Assembly: GCA_951406725.2 (NCBI GenBank)
Contig: OX597832.1
Span: 7,130,001-7,194,000 of the forward strand
Source: Octopus vulgaris
Lineage: Eukaryota
DNA length: 64,000 bases
Reading direction: 5' to 3'
Positions 1-11,062 of the stretch are shown here, piece after piece (the first letter of the stretch is position 1; each line of letters opens with the position of its first letter). The notes under the pieces were generated by a model that searched no databases, had not been told where the DNA came from, and saw nothing but the letters and a program-made list of their open reading frames with translations. A program made the translations under genes and the position numbers.

Positions 1-236
1 ATTATTTTAGCCTTCAAATGACGCCACCCCGCTGGCTAAGCGAGCAGGCCAACAGAAGATAGAGTGGGAGAAAGAGTGGTGAAAGAGTACAGCAGGTATC
101 ACCACCTCCTGCCGGAGCTTCGTAGAGCTTTTAGGTGTTTTCACTCAATAAACACTCACAATGCCCGGTCTGGGAATCAAAACCGTGATCCTACGACCGC
201 GAGTCTGCCGCCCTAACCACTGAGCCATTGCGCCTC

Positions 237-240
<4 letters not shown>
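1..240 (-). mobile_element. tRNA-derived SINE (family A), truncated by the window edge
   Basis: The reverse complement starts GGAGGCGCAATGGCTCAGTGGTTAGG (A box) and continues to GGTTTTGATTCCC (B-box-like). It abuts a (TA)n tract. Confidence 0.75.
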
Positions 241-307
<67 letters not shown>

Positions 308-315
308 ATACATAC

Positions 316-373
<58 letters not shown>

Positions 374-381
374 ATACATAC

Positions 382-452
<71 letters not shown>
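241..452. repeat. Compound microsatellite (TA)n(TG)n(TACA)n, duplicated
   Basis: Read directly from the sequence; it is the source of the YIYI/CVCV ORFs. Confidence 0.95.
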
Positions 453-455
<3 letters not shown>

Positions 456-701
456 AGACAATAGAAAATGGGACAACAAAACATCCAGGTAGATGATACA
501 AAGAAAACAAGGATGGGTCATTCAGAGTTTTCTTTCCTCAGTTGAGTACCAGATTATTTTTGCAATTTTGGCTGATTATACTCGAGATTGCTCCAATCTG
601 ACCAGCCCCAAGTAAAACCTAAGCTAAGAGCATTAGATTCCTTGGAAGAAAGCAGCAAATGTATATGAAAACAAGGAAGGTAAAAAGCAGAGAAATATAT
701 A

Positions 702-1994
702 CGAGGGATGCTCAATAAGTAATACCCCTGACCCACTTGCAGTTGTTTGATCTAGCTGAAATTTTGCATGTGCAATTATTCATATCTCTACAGATTAAGT
801 AGTAAATTACAGCTCCGTACTAATTGTGGTTTCTGATTTACAGGTGTTTGAACTTAGTCAAGTGTGAAATGGAGCCTGTTGAGTGTCGAGCAGTGATCCA
901 GTTTTTGTATTTGAAAGGACGCACACCACGGGAGACTTTTGATGAAATGAAAGTAACTTATGGAGATGATGCCCCATCATATGACCTTGTAAATGCTGGC
1001 ATCATGAATTTAAACATGGTCGGAACTCTTTGGAAACAGCTCCCAAATCTGGTCGCCCCCCCTTCTGCCATTGATGAGGCATTTGTCCGTCAAGTTGAGG
1101 CTGCCATTTTGGAAGATCGACGCATAACTATTCGCCAAATAGCCCATGAAGTCAAGATTAGTACCGGGTCTGAGGAAACTATCATTCATGACCATTTGCG
1201 TATGCAAAAGGTGTCTGTCAGATGGATTCCCAGGTTGCTCACACCTTTCTAGAAGCAAGAACGCGTCGAGTGCTCGAGGATGAATTTGGAGATGTGCCAA
1301 GAAGATGAGTCAAAATTTTTCAAAAGACTAATTACACAGGATGAAACCTGGGTCCATTACTATGATCCAGAGACCAAAGCCCAGTCAATGCAGTGGAAGC
1401 ACCGTCACTCACCTCCTCCAAAGAAGGCAAGGGTGCAGCCCTCCGCTGGCAAGGTCATGCTCACAGTCTTCTGGGACCAGGACGGTGTAGTAATGACAGA
1501 TTTCCTGGCAAAGGGTACCACAATTACAGGAGCCTATTATGCTTCACTTTTGAGGAAATTAAGAGAAGCTATCAAAATCAAGAGGCGGGGCAAGATCAGC
1601 AAAGGCATCCTCCTCTTTCAGGACAACACTCCGGTCCACAACTCGTGTGTTGCCAGATCAGAAGCACAGGCATGCGGCTATGAACTCCTCCCCCATCCCC
1701 CCTACTCTCCTGACCTTGCACCCTCTCATTTTCACCTCTTCCCAGCCATGAAGTTGTTTTTGAAAGGAAAGCGTTTCCCAGATGATGCAGCCTTGATTTC
1801 TGAAGTCACATCGTGGTTGAAGGACCAAGCTGGGGTCTTCTACAAAAACGGTCTCCAGAGCTGCATCAAACAATGGGAGAAATGCGTAACTCTGGGTGGT
1901 TCCTATGTAGAACAGGACTAATAACTGTGCCAAGTTTCGTTGCTTTACTGTTATGGGAAGTAGGTCAGGGGCATTACTTATTGAACGCCCCTCG
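702..1994 (+). mobile_element. Full-length mariner (DD34D) DNA transposon, inactivated
   Basis: TIRs of about 38 bp: CGAGGGATGCTCAATAAGTAATACCCCTGACCCACTT on the left and, as reverse complement, CGAGGGGCGTTCAATAAGTAATGCCCCTGACCTACTT on the right. TA flanks both ends, the length is about 1.3 kb, and it contains a transposase. Confidence 0.95.
869..1921 (+). pseudogene. Mariner transposase pseudogene
   Basis: N-terminal HTH region, WIPRLL, DETWVHYYDPE, QDN and YSPDLAPS motifs are present. Lesions are frameshifts at about 990-1060, an in-frame TAG at 1250-1252, and His in place of the third catalytic Asp (D34 position). Confidence 0.92.
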
Positions 1995-2034
<40 letters not shown>

Positions 2035-2109
2035 ATCATCATCATCATCATCGTTTAACGTCCATTTTCCGTGCTAGCACGGGTTGGACGGATGGCATGG
2101 GTTGAATGG

Positions 2110-2148
<39 letters not shown>

Positions 2149-2303
2149 GCATACATACATATATAAATATATTTATTTCTCAGCAGATGGAGTACTTTTT
2201 TGTTGATCTATCATTATATATATATATATGATAGATAGATAGATGTATACATATATGTATATGTGTGTGTATGCATACATATATATATATATGTATATAT
2301 ATA

Positions 2304-2347
<44 letters not shown>

Positions 2348-2715
2348 TAAATATATGTATATATATATATATATACACATACAAATATATATTTACAAAT
2401 GTATGTATGTAAGTCTGTGTCTCTGTGTTTGTGCTTATCACATAACATTGTGTGACAACAAGTGTTGGTTTGTTTATTTCCCCATAATTTAGTAGCTTTG
2501 GCAAAGAATTAAAAAACAAAACAAAACATAGAAGGAGAGCTAGGATTAATAAAAATAAGTACTGGATTCAATGTGTTCAGCTAAACACCCTGAGGCATAG
2601 CTCCAGTATGGCCGTGGTCTAATAACTGAAACAACTGAAAAATAAACAACATGCTCCTAGCAATTATTTCAATTTCTTTAACAAGGTCAATATTATTACA
2701 GGAAATGTAAACTTG

Positions 2716-3130
2716 TTTACTCTTTTACTCTTTTACTTGTTTCAGTCATTTGACTGCGGCCATGCTGGAGCACCGCCTTTAATCGAGCAACTCGACCCCG
2801 GGACTTATTCTTTTGTAAGCTCAGTACTTATTCTATCGGTCTCTTTTGCCGAACCGCTAAGTAACGGGGACGTAAACACACCAGCATCGGTTGTCAAGCA
2901 ATGCTAGGTGGACAAACACAGACACACAAACATACACGCACACACATATATATATATACATATATACGGCAGACTTCATTCAGCTTCCGCCTACCAAATC
3001 CACTCACAAGGCTTTGGTCGGCCTGTGGCTATAGCAGAAGACATTTGCCCAAGATGCCACGCAGTGGGACTGAACCCGGAACCATGTGGTTGGTTAGCAA
3101 GCTACTTACCACACGGCCACTCCTGCACCT
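2716..3130 (-). mobile_element. tRNA-derived SINE (family B), near full length
   Basis: Matches the + strand copy at 45352-45756: head GGCGCAGGAGTGGCTGTGTGG, internal (TA)/(TG) tract, tail GACTGAAACAAGTAAAAGAG. Confidence 0.85.
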
Positions 3131-3713
3131 GTTTGTTATTTTCTTTGAAAAATTACTTTCATTATCAATTCCAAGAATTTATCATGCCCACACCTATTTA
3201 TGTATAAATGCATGTAAGCTTGTGTGTGTATGTGCGTGTGTGCATGCGTGTGTGTGTGTATTTATATTTATGCTTGTCTCTCCATTTTGCCTTGACAACT
3301 AGTGTTAGTCATTTCAGTGAATAAGATCTGCATAGTATCGGGATAAATTTTTTTATTATCTAAAACTTTCCAAGCTGACACCCAACATGACTGCAGTCTA
3401 GTGACTGAAAGAGGTAACATAAAAGATATATATTTATATTATGATTATAATCATGTATTTTAAAGAATATCTAATGAATGTATATTAATATTGTTTTTCC
3501 ATATACTTACATTATATGCTTTAATCTATCCTTATCTACATTATCAAATTATATTAATTTTATCTTACATCATAACCTATTTACTTATATATATATGAAC
3601 CTTTAATCTTTAATTTAATAATTTTTTTGTTGATATCAAACTCTATATTATGTAAATTCTGTCTTTATAAATATATGAATTTCCTTTCTTTATACCAAAA
3701 CTATCTAATAATT

Positions 3714-4133
3714 TAAAGTATACTAGCCATCTCAATATGGCTAACCACTAAGGGTGGGTGTTACTGTAGCTTTTAGCCCCAGGAGATCATCGTCTCCAGC
3801 TGGCTTTAGGCACACTTATGTGCACTTATGTTATTTGCAAAGGGAGGTCATCCCTCCCTCGTCAACCTAAGTGACACACATGGACTGCAGTTTCTAGGTA
3901 TTTGCCTGTCTTCGGCGTACGGCAGTCACCGGTTTACAATGAAAGGGAGACCTGTTTGCAAATACTTATTGTTTTTCTAGAAAGTGTGCCTAAAGTCAGC
4001 TGGAGACGATGATCTCCTGGGGCTAAAAGCTACAGTAACACCCACCCTTAGTGGTTAGCCATATTGAGATGGCTAGTATACTTTACGTTGTCGAGCAGTT
4101 ACTGTTTACATATCGTTCAGAGATTTATTATTG
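3714..4133. mobile_element. Fold-back element with 13-bp TSD and internal hammerhead-like motif (Penelope-type structure)
   Basis: Inverted arms of about 104 bp at 3714-3817 and 3982-4085, followed by a 48-nt unpaired tail. Direct repeat CTATCTAATAATT at 3701-3713 and 4134-4146. Confidence 0.8.
3878..3920 (-). ncRNA. Minimal type I hammerhead ribozyme-like motif (variant core)
   Basis: Reverse complement reads gtacg CCGAAGA c agg-caaata-cct a GAAA ctgcag TC catgt. Stem III is palindromic with a GUC site. The core carries a U4C change and stem I is weak. Confidence 0.5.
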
Positions 4134-5142
4134 CTATCTAATAATTATTTCTTGAAATCTTGATGGATCTCCCTTCTCATTTTGGTGGACTGTTTCATTT
4201 CATTGGTTATGTTGATTTTGTTCCCATTTGTCTTCCATACTTTCTGTGAATTTTAAAAAAATACTTATACCTGTACATGCAGGTATATATACCTTGCCTG
4301 CATACATACATTCACACATACACACATACATACATACATGCATACACACATACATACATATACGCACACATATGCATGGATGCACATATATATGAATATA
4401 ATTAGATGGTTGTGATACTCAGGTATGAGTGGGGAATTAGATAAGGAATAGGAGTTATTGGGATTACTTAAGGGGTATTGTGGAAATGTACTGTATGGAC
4501 GGTTAGGCATTTGGATTTGTGGTAGACTTTGAATGTATGAAAAAAGCAGTGGTTGCATGTGCTTAGTGCCTCATTATGTTTATTTAGCAGTGCTGGAGAG
4601 TTGTGCTTTAATATGTGAAGTGCCTCCTTCAGGCAAAATTTGCAGGTTGAGAGTTGACCTTGGTAGGGTAGTCCTGAGTCCAGTATGGACCATGATAGAG
4701 TATAGGGTATATTTGTATTTTTGAGATTATGTATGTGGTTGGCGAGTGTTGTAGATTTACTATGTTTATCGTATCTAAAAGAATGGAGGTGAGTGGCATA
4801 TCATTGCTTAAAATTTTTGGTTGTGTCCTTAATCTATTACACAACTCTACAGCCATATACATAGGATCAACCCTATATGGCTGACTAGATTATAGCCTAC
4901 ACTGTTAGATATTTTAAGCAACTCTGCAGTGATTACTGATGGGTTGGGGACTTTCCCTGTCTTCATACCCTTAATTGCTTTATCTACTAAGGTACTATCA
5001 ATTCAGATAGCTGGTTTCTCTATTGGATTGACATTTGGCAGACTCTCTTTCTTCCATTCATTCCCTTCATTTAGCAATCTTTCATTGTGGCATCTCCAAG
5101 TCTCTCTCATTAAATGCAAGTGAGCCACCATCCATGCGGACA

Positions 5143-6325
5143 CATTAGTTTACATAATAAAATAGCAATAAATCAATTAATGAATGCAACAGCAATATCA
5201 AAATGTTACATAAATTAAGAAAAAATATTTCTAACATTATTGTCTTTAACATTCAAAATAGGCAGATCATCAAACAAAATGTCTTTTGGTATTTAGCTAC
5301 ATCCATTTAGCAATCCCATCATGCTGCAGTTTTTTTTTTCATTTTTTTCATTTTTTTCATCATTCTGGAATTGGTAAAAAAAGCATCAATCAAATACAGA
5401 AGTTGTTTTAATTAACAACACACCTCCCCCAGAATAAGTAGCTCTGTTCCCATCATAATTTGCAAAACATTGATATATTTATTTCTTTATTGCCCACAAG
5501 GGGATAAACATAGAGGGGACAAACAAGGACAGACAAAGGGATTAAGTCAATAACATCGACCCTAGTGCGTAACTGGTACTTATTTAATGGACCCCGAAAG
5601 GATAAAAGGCAAAGTCGACCTCGGCGGAATTTGAACTCAGAATGTAATGGCAGATGAAATACCGCTAAGCACTTCACCCGAAATGCTAACGATTCTACCG
5701 GCTCGCCGCCCTCAAGACATTGATATGTTTTAAGGAGAAATATCACAATAGTGTCGTACAAGCATCCTTAAACATCAGAATCAAATTGTTATTTACAAAC
5801 AGCTCTGTTACAATCTCACTGTGATGTCTGCTGATGTAACAACTCCCCACATTCCACAGCAATTAGATCAATGTGGCAACTCTTGTCAAAAGACATCATT
5901 TTACACTTTGATCATATTAAGCTTAATAACCATGCAAGAATATATTTTTAGATGCTGTACTGTGGCAAACTTCTTTGTTCCAGGACAGCATGTTTCTTAT
6001 AAGGTGGGACCCCACCCTCCAGGACTGGTTGTGAGGACAGAGAAGTAGATTAATTACCATGTTTAAAATTTCGATGATTTGAAGCTTTTCAAAAATTTGG
6101 CCAATACCATATCAAAGAAAGATTTCTATGATACACTGTGTCTTTTGACTTCTCAATAAAAGAGGGTGGAGTGAGGTGGGGTAGGGTGGAGTAGGATTTA
6201 ACTCATTGTTTCTAGAAATGGTTTCATGTTTGTCAGTCCAGGAATTATTGTGCTAGGGAATATTTTGGATTTCAACTAAGAATTATTTTCATTATTCTTT
6301 TACATGTTTCAGTCATTTGACTGTC
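5143..6325 (+). repeat. Local segmental duplication, copy 1 (about 1.2 kb; partner 8339-9979)
   Basis: Colinear high identity from CATTAGTTTACATAATAAAATAGC to CAGTCATTTGACTGT. It includes a family C SINE. Confidence 0.93.
5478..5712 (-). mobile_element. tRNA-like SINE (family C)
   Basis: Family head GGCGGCGAGCTGGCAG...GAGTTCAAATTCC and central GGTCGACTTTGCCTTTCATCCTTTCGGGGTCGATAAATTAAGTACC. Other copies at about 9130-9355, 20706-20925, 23498-23712, 36465-36860 and 48920-49528. Confidence 0.8.
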
Positions 6326-7399
6326 ATAGGAGCTATGACATCATGATTCTCTCTCACACACTGTCTTGCAATGATGCAGAACACTGGCAAATTTTTCTTA
6401 TCTGCTTCCTCTCTGGATAAGTAAACCTGTCTCCTAGCTTCCCTTCTGGCAATCTGATACTGTTCCCTGCTAACACTGCACTTCTAGTCCTTTCATGCTT
6501 GTTTGTTTCCCCTAATGGCCCTGTCAACTACATTATTCCACTGCCACATTACCTTAGATTGAGAGGGGACTTTGGCCCTCAACAGTGTTGAGGTCAGTGG
6601 CCCTCAACAGGTTGTCCTATAGGAATCACCTTAATCTTTCAGACCATTTTTTTTTTTTCATGTTGGTCGTCTTCTGGGCAGCAATTTAGCCATGATGCTG
6701 AAGTTGCTAACTACTAACCTATGTTGTGGGGTGCATTCTTCATTTGGGAAAGCTTTGGCATTTATAAGTAACCATCTTCCCTATTTCCTGGTGAGAATGT
6801 AACCAATCTGACTAGAGTGCTCACTAGACTGGTAGATGAACAGGTGACTGGCAGGTTTCCTGATGTTAGTATTACAGAAAATAAGATCATTTGCATCACA
6901 GAACTCCAGCAGCCTGGTTCCCTACTCATTGCGAGAACCAAATCTGTAGCCACCATGTACACCATGGAAACTCCCCGGATGTTGCCCAACATACCCGTTG
7001 AAGTCACCAGCTACAAAGAGAAGGTCCCTGTCATTTGTCGACAAGGTAGTCTGCAATAGGGTGTCATAAAATCGGTCTTTCTGTTCATCAGGTAGCCCTG
7101 GCTGAGGGGCATAAACTGAGATACTGGTTGCTAATCCATGTTGCTGCACTAGTCTAAGCTTAAGCATTCTATCACAGACCTTGATTACCTTGATTACCTA
7201 TCAACCCACTTCTCTGCAAGGAGTATACCTATGGCCCCAATCCCCATCAGTGTTCTCTACCCAGCAAATCTTACATGAAAGAAAATATAGGAGCTTTTCA
7301 GAAAGAAGAAATCTGAAAGGGAAATATGTTGAATAAAATCAAAATTAACTGATCCTCCTGCGTTTTCTTTTACCCAAAGCCAGGAACTTTTCAGTACCC

Positions 7400-7745
7400 A
7401 CTGCACATTTTGATGATGTGAATGTTTGGAAATTCCAAAGGTGATTTTGATCTTTTAGATAAGTATCAATCAGGAAGACCTATTGTTCTCGGTTATGAGG
7501 CAGTATAAACAGCAACTGAGAAGATTCACATCAAAGTATCAAGGAGTTTTCCTGGAGGCTTAACAAACCTTGGTTCATGAAGGGAAGTAGGTATCTCATT
7601 CTGCATCAGGATGATGCAAGGCCACATTCAGTGAAGATAAACCCCAAAAATTAAATTCAATAAGCTTGGAAGCTGTACTTCATTCCTACTCACCAGACCT
7701 ATCGCTATCAGATTTTCACTTATTCAGCTCATTTGATAGTATCTA
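7400..7745 (+). pseudogene. Degenerate mariner transposase fragment
   Basis: ILHQDDARPH and SYSPDLSLSDFHLF motifs with frameshifts. Confidence 0.7.
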
Positions 7746-8026
7746 CACCTCAATATTCAAAGTACAAGAAAAAACATAAAGTGAGATTGAAAACTGAGTG
7801 TTATTATCAACAATTGACATTAGATTAGCCAATAGAAAGTATTGATAATTCTTACTATTCATTATCTGACCGTATATATAGGTTAAATGAGAGGGAGATA
7901 ATTAAAATTACCTTGTATATATTGTCTATAAAACAAAATAAAGAGAACTGAAAGTAAAAGTGTAGTTTTCAAGATTTAAAGACAGTCCCCCCCTCTCTCT
8001 CTCCTTCCCTCCCCCTCTTTCTCTCA

Positions 8027-8070
<44 letters not shown>

Positions 8071-8338
8071 GACTGAAACACTTTTCTCTGCAAATCTCCC
8101 AACTGGTCTGCAGGTGAGTAAATGTTTTATAATTGGAACTATCTCTTATATATGCTATATATGTTACAACAGCTACTGATATGTCATAACTATTAACAAT
8201 GATATTGGTCATTAGTTTCTTCCTGTTTCCAACCTGAATCAAATACACCAGGAACTTTGAATGATACCTGCTAACAAGGAATTAGGTTGGGTAAATTAAA
8301 TTTAAGATATAACTTATTCCTACAGTTGTATTAGTTCT

Positions 8339-9979
8339 CATTAGTTTACATAATAAAATAGCAATAAATCAATTAATGAATGCAACAGCAATATCAAAAT
8401 GTTACATAAATTAAGAAAAATATTTCTAACATTATTGTATTTAACATTCAAAATAGGCAGATCATCAAACAAAATGTCTTTTGGTATTTAGCTACATCCA
8501 TTTAGCAATCTCATCATGCTGCAGTTTTTTTTTCTCGTTTTTTTCATTTTTTTCATCATTCAAATTATTATTGGTATAAATGTAAATTTGTAATATGGAT
8601 ATAGAAGCTGGATGTTTTGAAGCAATTGTCCATAATTATCTTCTTTCTCCTTGATTTTCATAAAGATATTCACATCAGCCGGACAGCTGACCTCTATGAC
8701 GGTGCATAATTTTTCTTATCTGTCCCAAACAACGATATTTGGCCTGTTATGCTTACACTTGACAGATGTTTTGATGGGAACGTTCCACCAGTATTCTTTG
8801 TGCTGGTATTTATGTGCATATTCAATAACAGGCGTGGGGGGGTCTCTATATTTATTCCAGGACAGTCTTTTTTCCGAATGGCATTGTATATTGTTTTTGC
8901 AACAGTGTCATGTCACATAGGGAGGTAGCGCTTTGATGACATTTTGGGGTAGCTGCTAATCACTGTGTGATGTCTTCCGCAGAATTACAACATAATCTTC
9001 ATTACCCAGTATACCCCAGTGCGTAACTGGTACTTATCAATCAAATACAGAAGTTGTTTTAATTCACAACACACCTCCCCCAGAATAAGTAGCTCTGTTA
9101 CCATCATAATTTGCAAAACATTGAAATATTTATTGCCCACAAGGAGCTAAACATAGAGGGGACAAACAAGGACAGACAAAGGGATTAAGTCATTAACATC
9201 GACCCCAGTGCGTAACTGGTACCTATTTAATTGACCTCGAAAGGATGAAAGGCAAAGTCGACCTCAGCGGAATTTGAACTCAGAATGTAACGGCAGATGA
9301 AATACTGCTAAGCACTTCGCCCGAAATGCTAATGATTCTACTGGCTCGCCGCCCTCAAGACATTGATATGTTTTAAGGAGCAATATCACAATAGTATCAT
9401 ACAAGCATCCTTAAACATCAGAATCGAATTGTTACTTACAAACAGCTCTGTTACAATCTCACTGTGATGTCTGCTGATGTAACAACTCCTCACTTCCATG
9501 GCAGTTAGAGTAATGTGACAACTCTTGTTAAAAGACATCATCTTACACTTTGATTATATTAAGCTTAATAACCATGCAAGAATTTACTTTTAGATGCTGT
9601 ACTGTGGCAAACTTCTTTGTTCCAGGACAGCGTGCTTCTTATAAGGTGGGACCCCCACCCTCTAGGAGTGGTTGTGAGGACAGAGAAGTAGATTAATTAC
9701 CATGTTTAAAATTTTTGATGATTTGAAGCTTTTCAAAAATTTGTCCAATTCCATATCAAAGAAAGATTTCTATGATACACTGTGTCTTTTGACTTCTTAA
9801 TAAAAGAGGGTGGGAGTGAGGTGGGGTAGGGTGGAGTAGGATTTAACTCATTGTTTCTAGAAATGGTTTCATGTTTGTCAGTTCGGGAATTATTGTGCTA
9901 GGGAATATTTTGGATTTCAACTAAGAATTATTTTTTATTATTCTTTTATTCTTTTACATGTTTCAGTCATTTGACTGTG
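8339..9979 (+). repeat. Local segmental duplication, copy 2, with a ~475 bp insertion at 8562-9035
   Basis: Colinear with 5143-6325 apart from the insert. It continues into an intact family B SINE at about 9950-10370. Confidence 0.92.
8563..9004 (-). mobile_element. REL-endonuclease non-LTR retrotransposon fragment (R4/Dong/NeSL-type)
   Basis: Reverse complement translates to a degenerate CCHC knuckle, (R)HDTVAK and WWNVPIKTSVKCKHNRPNIVVWD...IEVSCPAD...KEKEDNYGQL. Confidence 0.8.
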
Positions 9980-10372
9980 ACCATGCTGGAGCACTGCCTT
10001 AAAGGGATTTAGTTGAAGAAATCAACTCTAGGACCTATTCTTTGTAACCCTAGTACTTATTCTATTCATCTTTTTTGCTGAACCACTAAGTGAAGGGGAC
10101 ATAAACACACCAACGTCGGTTGTCAAGTGATGGGGAGGGACAAATACAGACACAAACATACACACAGGAACACACACACATACACACACACAGAGACATA
10201 CATACATTTATGACTGGCTTCTTTCAGTTTCCATCTACCAAGTCTTCTTACAAGGCTTTGGCCAGCCTGAGGCTATAGTAAAAGACACTTGCCCAAGGTG
10301 CCGTGCAGTGGGACTGAACCCAGAACTATGTGGTTGGGAAGCAAGCTTCTCACCACACAGTCACACCTGTGT
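9950..10372 (-). mobile_element. tRNA-derived SINE (family B)
   Basis: Same head and tail as 45352-45756. Confidence 0.8.
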
Positions 10373-10753
10373 CTAAATTGTTGATTTTTTTGTTTGTGTC
10401 ATTGTCAAAGATAGAAATATATAATTGTATTAAATCATCTTAAATTTTGCTATTCAGTGCGATTACTGAGAGATTTGATGATGATTTCTAGCAGGTTGAG
10501 TTGTGACTGTTGAGAGGCTCCATTGTGAGAGTAACAAAAAAAAAAATTCTACAATATCAAAAGTGTTCAGCAACACACATATCTACCTATATGAAAGAGG
10601 AAAAAAACTTGCACACTTTGGCTTTGTTAAGGATCAATGGCACTAGACGTGCTAGGATCGAGCTGAAAATGTACATACCTATAGGAGGCGTGATGTAGTT
10701 ATGGCCAGAGTAGGTTTCAAGTCTCTATCTCGATAACAAAGGGTTAGGGTTTC

Positions 10754-11062
10754 TCTCTATATATAAAGCTGAAGTTGTCTGTGTTTGGCAGGTTTGGTAG
10801 CCTTCAACTAACACTATCTCCTCTGAGACCCTGCAGTGCAAGTTGACCAAAATTGAAACTATGATAGAAGAAGGCTTACTCTTTCAAATCGGACTATGTT
10901 AAGACCAAAAATTATTTACATCAAAAAGGTGCTTTTTTTCTATGAAAATCCCTACTTTTTACGATATTTTTACTGTTGTGTTGCCATTTTCTGGTGTATT
11001 TCAACCAGAAAAATGTTCACTAAAGGCTCGAAATAAACCTGAGCAACGCCGGGCAATACGGT
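10754..11062 (+). mobile_element. Non-autonomous Helitron-like element (degenerate)
   Basis: The 5' TC..TATATATAAAG start and 3' hairpin CCTGAGCAACGCCGGGC are shared with 56839-57231. Confidence 0.55.

Larger units (their letters stand above)
4870..7275 (-). mobile_element. RTE (BovB-like) LINE relic, APE endonuclease plus linker, split by an inserted duplicated block (5143-6325)
   Basis: ISVYAPQPG and VAGDFNGYVG at 6922-7167. IARQCVRENHDVI at about 6340-6390 continues as CVRMDGG...AIKGMKTGK...ITAELLK at 4870-5142. Confidence 0.85.

Noticed and set aside
145-521. ORFs rich in YI/CV/HT repeats here and throughout (e.g. 2173-2519, 28078-28916, 33148-33442)
   Set aside because: They are translations of (TA)n, (TG)n and (TACA)n microsatellites, not genes.
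500-660. CTGAGGA on the - strand in a repeat-like segment as another hammerhead
   Set aside because: No correctly placed GAAA or stems could be built.
4385-4865. Possible degenerate Penelope RT fragment on the - strand
   Set aside because: There is only a faint resemblance to an LPKIHK-type motif, too eroded to call without a search.
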